Source of the DNA: Balanoglossus misakiensis
Lineage: Eukaryota; Animalia; Hemichordata
DNA length: 64,000 bases
NCBI GenBank assembly: GCA_040954595.2
Contig: CM082576.2
Span: 1,958,760-2,022,759 of the forward strand
Direction of reading: 5' to 3'
Shown: piece by piece, positions 54,783-64,000 of the stretch
How positions within the stretch are numbered: the stretch's first letter is position 1
How the letters are laid out: each line of letters starts with the position of its first letter
Notes under the pieces: model-generated
Databases searched by the model: none
Told to the model about the DNA's origin: nothing
Seen by the model: only the letters and a program-made list of their open reading frames with translations
Program-made: the position numbers and the translations under genes

Positions 54783-57360
54783 AATATAGCTGCAAGCAGC
54801 GATGACGGGCCCAAGCTTAAGCCGAAGGTCAGAGGTCATAAGTGGTCACCCAAAATTTGGGCAACAAATTTTGACCCCATACTGGTCCGTGTCCCACAAG
54901 AACAAAATCTCTAGCCCTATTGGTTCGCCTACAATTATATATGTGCATAATTAATGAGGTAAAGTGTAAGGCTCCATCAGGAGTTCCATCCCTCCAAATG
55001 CCAAGGCTGTAGCTGCTGTGCATGCCGAGATATGATAAAGTAGGTCAAAGGTCACCTGAGGTCACCCAAAATTTGGGCAAGAAATTTTGACCCCATACTG
55101 GTCCATGTTCAGCAAAAATTAAACCTCTAGCCCTATTGGTTAGCCTGGAATTAGGTATGCACATAATTAATGAGATAAGCAGGTGTCACAGGTGACCCCC
55201 AATTTTGGCTTTTAAATTTTAGTCCCAACCCTCCAAACGCCAAGTCTGTACCTGCTCTGGAAGCGGAGATATAGGAAAGTAGGTCAAAGGTCACCTGAGG
55301 TCACCCAAAATTTGGGCAAGAAATTTTGACCCTATACTGGTCCATGTTCAACAAAAACCAAACCTATAACCCTATTGGTTGGCCTGGAATTAGGTATGCA
55401 CATAATTAATGAGATAAGCAGGTGTCACAGGTGACCCCCAATTTTGGCTTTTAAATTTTAGTCCCAACCCTCCAAACGCCAAGTCTGTACCTTCTCTGGA
55501 TGCCGAGATATATGAAAGTAGGTCAAAGGTCACCTGAGGTCACCCAAAATTTCGGCAATTTTTTTTTTTACCCTATACTGGTCCATGTCCCACAAGTACA
55601 AAACCTCTAGCCCTATTAGTTAGCCCAGAATTAGGTATGCACATAATTAATGAGTTAAGCAGGTGTTACAGGTGAGCCCAAAATTTTGCCTTTTATTTTG
55701 GTCCCATTTTGCTCACGGGCCAATAGAGAGTCACAGTACAGGACCATTGCACAGATGTGGACATAGCATCATAGCTTAACTATAGAAAGTATAGGCCTAT
55801 GGCTGGGTCCAAAAAATATGAAATATAATATTTAAAAATCTTCTTCTCAAAATTGACTTGGCCCAGAGCCTTGAAATTTGGCATGTAGGACACTGACCAT
55901 ATGGTCCGCAAAATGATTTCACAGAATTTTGATATCGTCATTCATATGCAAATTAGGCCCATTTGAAAACTTTGCCCATATATGGTCATCAGGTCACGTG
56001 ACTAATTAAACATTCACAAGAGTACAACTCATGCTCTCATTGGCCTGCACCATTGTGCCAAGTTTGAGATTTGTAGGTTCAGCCGTTTTCAAGATGTACT
56101 TGACGAAAAAAACTACACAAGAAAAAGAAGTAGAAGAATATAGCTGCAAGCAGCGATGACGGGCCCAAGCTTAAGCCGAAGGTCAAAGGTCATAAGTGGT
56201 CACCCAAAATTTGGGCAAGAAATTTTGACCCCATACTGGTCCGTGTCCCACAAGAACAAAATCTCTAGCCCTATTGGTTCGCCTACAATTATGTATGTGC
56301 ATAATTAATGAGATAAAGTGTAAGGCTCCATCAGGAGTTCCATCCCTCCAAATGCCAAGGCTGTAGCTGCTGTGCATGCCGAGATATGGTAAAGTAGGTC
56401 AAAGGTCACCTGAGGTCACCCAAAATTTGGGCAAGAAATTTTGACCCCATACTGGTTCATGTTCAGCAAAAATCAAACCTCTAGTCCTATTGGTTGGCCT
56501 GGAATTAGGTATGCACATAATTAATGAGATAAGCAGGTGTCACAGGTGACCCTCAATTTTGGCTTTTAAATTTTAGTCCCAACCCTCCAAACGCCAAGTC
56601 TGTACCTGCTCTGGATGCCGAGATATAGGAAAGTAGGTCAAAGGTCACCTGAGGTCACCCAAAATTTGGGCATTTTTTTTTTACCCTATACTGGTCCATG
56701 TCCCACAAGCACAAAACCTCTAGCCCTATTAGTTAGCCCAGAATTAGGTATGCACATAATTAATGAGTTAAGCAGGTGTTACAGGTGAGCCCAAAATTTT
56801 GCCTTTTATTTTGGTCCCATTTTGCTCACGGGCCAATAGAGAATCACAGTACAGGACCATTGCACAGATGTGGACATAGCATCATAGCTTAACTATAGAA
56901 AGTATAGGCCTATGGCTGGGTCCAAAAAATATGAAATATAATATTTAAAAATCTTCTTCTCAAAATTGACTTGGCCCAGAGCCTTGAAATTTAGCATGTA
57001 GGACACTGACCATATGGTCCGCAAAATGATTGCACAGAATTTTGATATCGTCATTCATATGCAAATTAGGCCCATTTGAAAACTTTGCCCATATATGGTC
57101 ATCAGGTCATGTGACTAATTACACATTCACGCGGGTACTGCACGAGCTCTCATAGACCTGCACCATTGTGCCAAGTTTGAGATTTGTAGGTTCAGCCGTT
57201 TTCAAGATCTACCTGAGCAAAAAAACTACACAAGAAAAAAAAAAAAAAAAAGATGAAAAACCCCAGTAATACCAATAGGGCACAAGCCTGCTTGGCTTGT
57301 GCCCTAAAAAACCCCAGTAAAACCAATAGGGCCCAAGCCTGCTGGGCTTGGGCCCTAATA
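54783..57360 (-). mobile_element. Head-to-tail dimer of the HINE/DINE-1-like non-autonomous Helentron element
   Basis: Copy A ~54783-56136 has four repeat units (54826, 55042, 55281, 55520; spacing 216/239/239). Copy B ~56137-57360 has three (56180, 56396, 56635). On the minus strand: 5' hairpin containing subTIR GGGCCCAAGC, T-rich tract, core, tandem repeats, 3' subTIR GCTTGGGCCC, stem-loop GCTGCTTGCAGC. A/T-rich flanks, no obvious target-site duplication, no transposase ORF. Confidence 0.82.
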
Positions 57361-58203
57361 ATTCATTTATAACACAACGCACATAAGCTTGCATTCTGGA
57401 TTTAATAACATACGCCCTGAGCAATCAAGATGTCTGCTTGTAGAACCCAGAAGACAATATCTGTTGATCATTTCTTATTTTTAGAATTAATAGGAATCGG
57501 ATATATAGCAGTGTTCGACAACATTAATTTATAAGTAATTTGACGTTCGGGCAGTTTGTTGAAGTTCCGTTATATTATTTACAAATATATACAAGGACTT
57601 CCCCTATACGACAGTTCTCAACGAAATAGATTTTCCACCATATACATATATTTTATTAAAATTAAAAAAGGACGTTCGTATGGTGTCTACATGTCATTGG
57701 CATTAATAATTTATTCCTTGGTTCTGGGTATTCAATTATGGGAACAGGCCCCTACTTTTGACAGTTGTACTTACTGATTTTTCAAAATGCTTGAAAATTA
57801 AGCACGAAACTGACGCAATATTTGGCGTTTCCAAAACTATTTTGGATGAAATATCTGGTGACGAAGACAATACACCAACATTCGTGGACAATGAGGCTTG
57901 AAAAGTCGCTCATGACAAATTCGCCGTAAAATGCCCGGGAAATGACACACTTTGCTTCCTTTAACATAATTTCAGGGAAGAAATGAAATTTAATACCACG
58001 AACTTGGTCTCCGGACATAATGAAAGTTATAAACGATCTCCTCTTACATTTTACGCGGTCGATGACCATCTCGCATCAGTTCACTTATAACAAGGTATTT
58101 TGCTTTACAGCATCAAAACCCAAATGACTTAATCTTCCTTCAAATCAAATTAATATATAAATTATTTTTAAAACTGATGCATTTATTTCCTCCTTGTGTA
58201 TCT

Positions 58204-58211
58204 TATAAAAG
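58204..58211 (+). promoter_or_regulatory. TATA box of the putative cytokine/hormone gene
   Basis: TATAAAAG about 90 bp upstream of an ATG in good Kozak context (ACAATGG, 58292). Confidence 0.6.
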
Positions 58212-58291
58212 GCTCTCATTATTCGCACAGAACAAAATATATTTCAGTGATCAACTCTGTACCTACGGGCAATACTTTCACTGTTGTAACA

Positions 58292-59611
58292 ATGGCGATG
58301 TACAAATTCAGTTGGTAAGTTAAATTGTCGGATTACGTACAAGACGAAGACTTGCAACTGTAGTCTTATGACGACAGATTTACCTGGAAGTTTCGTAAGA
58401 ATCGCCACTTTGCTGCTTCAATCACATTCTTATCTCCTTAAAGTTAGAATTGTAGAGTGGTTATTTATAATCGACCGATTTTTGGCATTAAGGGAAAAGC
58501 AGTGTACTTTTATTCGTGTACGCATTCAGAGCGAAATGTGCTGTCGTCGTTCCCAAAATACACGATTAGATTAGACTAGACTAGTTGCATGCTTGATATT
58601 CTCCAAGCAAGTCAACTCTCAGGGTAATATTAGACTAATATCATTTCGATTTTTTTTATCATCCACGACTTTCCGTGTAATACAAGACATTGTGATTTCA
58701 TTGTACACGAATTGGGGAAGGGTTGATGAAACTCACGCATGCTAGTTTTAATTGGCTCATTGCCAAGATTTTCTGGACATGCATGCTTTGCTCCCCGTAC
58801 GATGATAGAAGGGTGATGTCACAATAACCAGTTGAGTTATATTGACATTGAGGTTGAGATTATGATCCAAAAGAACGTAGCTATAAATTAGTCAAATTTC
58901 GATTCGTTTTGGGAAGTTGGCCGGGCCCACTCACAGTTGCTTCCTGTGCGTCCACAGGACGGTGCGACCTGCGTGTGCGTCTGGGTAAAGGTGGTTACTT
59001 GTTGAGTAATATAATCGCAAGCTTACTAGTATTTTAATCTGTTTCAGGGTTTTTATCTCGGGTGTCATATTTAAATTGTTGTGTGGCGTAAGTTGTCATT
59101 CCGGGTCCACCAGTTACCATGGTTGCCAAGAGATGACCACTCAGTTTTACAACGCCATCAACGGTGTGTCGAAATTCATCGGAAGTGACGTATACAGAAT
59201 TTACAGAAGCAGTGTAAGTTGACATGCCTTCATTTCCCGGATGTACACTGTATACAGCAAATTTGTCAGAACATTGGAGGGCCCTGTCGATAGGTAAAAG
59301 GGTACAGCCAACTGAAACACGTACAAACAGTTCCAAACGTCTGCCTGTCTTTTATACCAGGTACAAGTGATAGCCAAGGCCAAGATTGCTGACGTCAGCA
59401 AAACTCCACACATTGAAGTTGTAATCATACTGTGTCCTCCAAGTTCACCTGTGACAAACCTTTAAATTTCAGAGGAATTGGAGCCTGCAGCCATCAGACC
59501 TGGCCCCTTTCGAAGTTTATAGAAACATCAGTACTTGTTATAACGAGTGGCAGGTAAATATCCTCCTCCTCCTCCTCCTCATCATCATCATCATCGTCGT
59601 TGTCATCATAA

Positions 59612-59645
<34 letters not shown>

Positions 59646-60753
59646 TGCAGCCTGTCCAAAAGCTAACATTTCTCACAAGAAAACTGACATATTGTTCCCT
59701 GCCATGGATGTTAAGAATCAAACATCATATGCACGATTCAGAACTTGGAGACAGCGACTTACTATCGGGATTGTACACAATTACACAGGTTATGGAGGTA
59801 AGAAATTGACACTTCATAAGGGGTGCGGTTCCAAATTGAAGATGGCGATTTCAACGGATACTTTTCGAACAGATACACTTTTGCTGATGTTTTGAATCGG
59901 CAGACATTGAATTCAATCCGATTCTCTAATGATCAACATTGATAAATACTGGTTATACCACTTCTGTACATGGCTTGGATGAACATCTCTTATCATGGCC
60001 AAACGGCAAAGATTTGAATATTTAGATCGTCAGTGGGTCACACCTGCTAGTATTTAATAAACAATACATGTACATGTACATGTATTTGGAACGCAATCAC
60101 AAATTATTGACTGAGCTCTAAGTCAGCTTTACTTTGTAATTATAAATTTTCTGTTAATTATTCCCACAACAGTAATTACCGTGAAGTTTGTTCGCTCTTA
60201 TTTGTAGGAAAGTTTACCGCAGCTGGAAAACTGCCAGGATCCGCCCTCTGGAGACGGGCCTCGGTGTGGAGTGAATGATGTTGTTCAACTGTTGGAAAAC
60301 TGTATTTGGGTAAGTGCGTCAAAGTTTTATCCTTGGAACGGTTACATCCCCAGAGAGAGGGGTGAAAAACAGCGACGGAGAGAGAGAGATAGACAGACAG
60401 AGACAGACACAGAGGGAGACAGACAAAGAGAAAGGGAGAGAGACGGACAGATGAATAAGCGATTTGAACATTTTCTGTCTGTCCGCTTTTCCGTCCGTCC
60501 ACCGGTTCACTCCTTATTATCACCTACAGGCTTCAGTCAAAAATTGCACAATCAATATATTAACAACTATATATTTGTTTGTATCCATCAGGAGTCCAGT
60601 TCTGTTGAAGAGTGGGATATACTTGCTTTGCCAATAGACGAGAGCAAATTCTACCTAAGCGTCTTGTATGACTTTACTATGGACTGGGCTAAACTGCAAA
60701 TAACTCTCCAAACTTTCCGCAGTGACGACTGGGATAACCAATACATTGATTAA
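58292..60753 (+). CDS. Secreted 226-aa protein, putative long-chain four-helix cytokine (growth hormone/prolactin-like), 6 exons
   Basis: Exons 58292-58314, 59048-59213, 59473-59553, 59651-59797, 60208-60309, 60592-60753; all GT-AG, intron phases 2,0,0,0,0, 681 nt with no internal stop. Protein: MAMYKFSWVFISGVIFKLLCGVSC-HSGSTSYHGCQEMTTQFYNAINGVSKFIGSDVYRIYRSS|RNWSLQPSDLAPFEVYRNISTCYNEWQ|PVQKLTFLTRKLTYCSLPWMLRIKHHMHDSELGDSDLLSGLYTITQVME|ESLPQLENCQDPPSGDGPRCGVNDVVQLLENCIW|ESSSVEEWDILALPIDESKFYLSVLYDFTMDWAKLQITLQTFRSDDWDNQYID. The gene model is well supported; the family assignment is inference. Confidence 0.75.
59562..59645. repeat. Compound trinucleotide microsatellite (CCT)n(CAT)n...(ATT)n filling intron 3 of the putative cytokine gene
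   Basis: Direct reading; lies between the donor at 59554 and the acceptor at 59650. Confidence 0.9.
60378..60450. repeat. GA/GACA-rich simple repeat in intron 5 of the putative cytokine gene
   Basis: Direct reading. Confidence 0.85.
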
Positions 60754-61484
60754 ATGTAATATCGAGATGTGTCGACGATAACCGTTCATGTTGATGAATA
60801 GAAAATATGTAGGTCATAATGACCAGTGATATTCGCATTAATTTTTTTCTCATGTAGGTCATACTGACCAAAATAACTATAACGTGTTCCTTCTGACCAT
60901 AACACATAATATGAATTTCCTCTCTCAATAACAATCAAAACATAAAATGTCGATCTTTATAGCATCATTATCCTTAAACATCATCCGCGGTTGTTTCATT
61001 TTCTATATACTTATTAGTCAGTGTCTTTTACTAGATGATCTCAACATTTACTTCCGAACACTTTCTGACCATCTGTATCACTGAACAGTTGAACCGCAAG
61101 GCATTAGAATGTTTTCCCAATGTATTTCACTTTGTGATTTACTATGACTTGGTACTTATGCAAGAAGTGTGCATGCATCCTACACATTAATAAACCCATG
61201 TGACATTCTAGAAGTTGATATGTTAAGGGGATAAGCTTTATTAAGGAAACTTGAAAGTAAAACTACATGTATATTAAACACATAATTATACTCCATAGCA
61301 TAGCATAGCATGGCTATTTTGCTCTTTTGATGAAATTCTCATTAGTTTATAGATTAAAATAGAGTGTAATTAGTACCTACGCAACTTGTAAAATAAATTG
61401 CGTCATCATACTAGAATTTTGATCACGGCTAAGATTTATGGAGAAAATAAAGAGTAAAATGAAAATCTACGTGATGGAAATTGT

Positions 61485-63313
61485 TCACAGCGAATCAAGT
61501 GGACAAAACGACAATGCAATGAGCATGCGCACGTCTTCCATATCCTTCTGCAGATGTTCACCTGTTAAAAAGAACAAAATGGCAAAACGTTACTCCCCTC
61601 GGGGACAAATTTTCAGAAAAAATGTTGGTCCTCCAAAGCTTTCATTTCTTTGCTATATTTAAGTATGTGCTGGGTTTGTTTGAAATCAAAGAAGAAAACA
61701 TGGTGTTATCTTAGCATTTTCCTAAACATCACTAACTTTAATTTTTCTCCACAAAGTCAACAGAGATTAGCAGCACCTACCTTTGAATATTCATACACTC
61801 TATACTGTGTTCAAACTACTGTGGGTCAATGGCGTCAGTTCGTTCACCTGAAATGTTGTGAAATGTCCCCAATTATTAACCATATACGTCATTTAATGAA
61901 GTTCAACATTTAGTACAGAAAAATATGTGAAAAGTATGAATTGTGTATTATTCCTTCCGGACTCACTCTGTTCATAGTGTTCCGTTTCACGAATTTAAAT
62001 ATCTAAGACATTTTACAAAGATAAAAAAAAACGTGTCGATGTAAAGTTTCAATGAAAGACTTCTGTACTCACAGTAATATTTCACTTCTAAGTATTTGAA
62101 TGTGTTGAAGCATGGATCGCCGAATACGTTATTGCTTGCCCTGACACTGCAGGATTTCTTGTTTTCACACGTCTCCTTGACAACGTCAATACTACCCTCA
62201 GCGCCACACGCTTGGTCACTGGTCTTTGGGTGTGGACAAGTCTCGCCATTGGCAGTTCTGCCGTAGTTGGCTGATACCACGTGTATGGTGCCGTCGCTGC
62301 ATTGTAAACCCATCGTTTCATGTTCGCAGACCAGTTCGGTGTTTACGATGGCGTAGACCTGGTTCGCGAAGGAACCTCCCTCGCCATCATCCCGACATGC
62401 ATTTGAAGGTCCGTACCTGTAATAACGCTGCCCAGCATCTTGACTAGAGGCACACCAACCGCCATTTTGGACGGCAAAGACACCGAAGCCTCGGCTTTCT
62501 GCAGCAGCTGCACATTTTGGGATTGCGTCCTCTCGCTGTTGATAACGGCCATCCAACCTAAAATCGGCGCCCTCCAAGGTCGGAATGGCCCGAGTTGGTC
62601 TGTCCTGATAACATCCTATGGTTTCTGTTATCAAATAAGGTAATTCACAACGTCAAAATGGGGGGGGGGGGGTATGCACAAGAAAAGTAGAGTAAACATA
62701 CTTTTATTACTCTGGTCGCGTCAAGGTTAGAAATTGAATGGAACATTAACACGGGCATTAATTTTCCCCTGAGACACTTACCTATACTTACATATACAAT
62801 TGCACTTACCGTAGTCAACATCTTCTACACTAGGTTCGGTAGCAGGGGGGCGATTCTCGGTCGTAGGACTACGTTCTGTCGGGTTGGGGAGTTCTGGCGG
62901 GTCACATTCTTCTACTGTCAAGATATCATTCGACAATTCTTCACAGTCTGGCAGACTGCACGCAGCTGCAATATAACAACAGAGGCTCGCACTGACATCG
63001 TTTCTCGAAAAAAAGGGTTGCCAACCAGCTGTGAGAAAAGTGATTGTCTCTCTCTACAAAAAAATGATTCTAGGTAGGCGGATGGCGAAGCTCTCCATCC
63101 CTGGTTCTCTTCAGTTGGAGAAACAATGACGTGTAACATTATCTTTTTTTGCTCGTATGATTGCAAAAGAAATCAAGTACATGTACGTAGTTGCCAATTC
63201 CGTGTTGTATTTTCCTAGATTAAGAGGGAGAGAGAGAGAGAGATCTTACCTGATTCTGCCGTGCAGGACAAAACAGTCAGTACCAACACCCAAAACGCAG
63301 ACAACCGGATCAT
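61485..63313 (-). CDS. Secreted protein with Pro/Thr-rich linker, WSC-like Cys-rich domain and SUEL/rhamnose-binding (Gal_Lectin) domain, ~282 aa, 4 exons
   Basis: Exons 63313-63250 (signal peptide MIRLSAFWVLVLTVLSCTAES), 62965-62810, 62624-62073, 61561-61485; all phase 1. WSC-like GCYQD...CAAAAESRGFGVFAVQNGGWC; SUEL motifs CEHETMGLQC, ANYGR, CENKKSCSV, FGDPCFNTFKYLEVKYYC. The last Cys codon is split T|GT across the final intron, and the last exon is less certain. Confidence 0.85.
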
Positions 63314-64000
63314 CTTTTCTTTCAATTCAATTTCTTTTTCAGCGCCAGGAAGTATTTATCACTGTGGGGAGAGAAATAAGACAGAATGAATTGTTTGTGA
63401 TAAGTCTGTCTGTCGCTTGCATACCTGCAAACTCTACGTACATGTTTTGCAACTTAATCAGTGTAAAATAACTTCTGATTCTATTGTACTGCATATCATT
63501 CTCTCTAAGAATTGCCTTTCTCCCTTCGAGGGAAACAAATTGGATAGGCATAAATGTAAACTTAGCCAGGAGTTCTCATTACGTCAGGTTTTCAGACTCT
63601 TGTCAGGACATGGGAAATATTTTCAACGAAGGGTGTTCATGTCCGGACAATTGCTCATGTGGATACTTTTACAGTTGACTCACCAAACTTCCCGTTGGCG
63701 ACAGAACGAATAAAAATCTGATGAACAGCGCAGCAATATTATATCACAGAGTTTGTCGCGACGCGGATTCGACCGGGATTTGACCGGCAGCGCAGTTCAG
63801 TGCAAACGCAAGATGAAACTTGTAAAATCCGATTTTGAAAAAGTAACTAATAATGACAGGATGTGACTGGGCAGGAAGACCTGTCAGATTTTACGAAGAA
63901 TTGATTCAGATTTTGACCAGCAGGCCTGCTATAAATCACTGCGATTGGAGTAGGGCCTGGAGTGACCGTAAGACAACAAAAGATAAGCTAATCTTCTCAC

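Noticed and set aside
54826-56820. Regularly spaced repeats suggesting a CRISPR array
   Set aside because: Whole ~239-bp units are repeated with no unique spacers; the context is eukaryotic and there are no cas genes.
59034-59448. Minus-strand exon giving the lectin gene a transmembrane helix and, after a frameshift, a Tyr-motif tail (ORFs 59201-59428 and 59034-59336)
   Set aside because: The tail needs a frameshift and lies antisense to exon 2 of the cleanly spliced plus-strand gene. A nearer terminal exon (61561-61485) with a poly(A) signal explains the lectin gene.
59651-60309. Alternative phase-1 reading of these plus-strand exons with an in-frame TGA (possible selenocysteine)
   Set aside because: The phase-0 frame is open across all six exons, the upstream exon is closed in phase 1, and no SECIS was recognised.
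60176-60523. 115-aa minus-strand ORF
   Set aside because: Antisense to exon 5 and a GA microsatellite; no canonical acceptor and no in-frame partner exon.
61967-62002. 36-nt mini-exon with an AG acceptor and GTGAGT donor on the minus strand
   Set aside because: In the required phase it gives an immediate stop and removes the final lectin Cys.

Overview
AT-rich, intron-containing animal DNA. It is most likely an invertebrate deuterostome such as a hemichordate; this is inferred from gene content and vertebrate-like intron positions. Splicing by hand on both strands gives nine protein-coding genes with frame-consistent GT-AG exon chains: MEMO1 (+), a 16-exon inversin-like ankyrin-repeat gene (+), ARMT1 (-), NAA80 (+), CHAC2 (-), TMEM229B (-), a CYP46A1-like P450 (-), a secreted WSC-like/SUEL-lectin protein (-), and a 6-exon gene at 58292-60753 (+) that the ORF track shows only in part. 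This last gene encodes a 226-aa secreted protein with by-eye motif and exon-layout resemblance to growth hormone/prolactin-type four-helix cytokines, and it is the top finding. A Helentron-associated (HINE/DINE-1-like) element with ~239-bp internal repeats occurs at the left edge and as an inverted tandem dimer at 54.8-57.4 kb. Other signals are an intronic RFX X-box cluster, CTCF-like motifs at gene boundaries, and abundant TACATGTA words. One TACATGTA is an insertion at a TA in one arm of a palindrome, like a Tc1/mariner footprint. All homology calls come from recalled sequence families; no searches were run.
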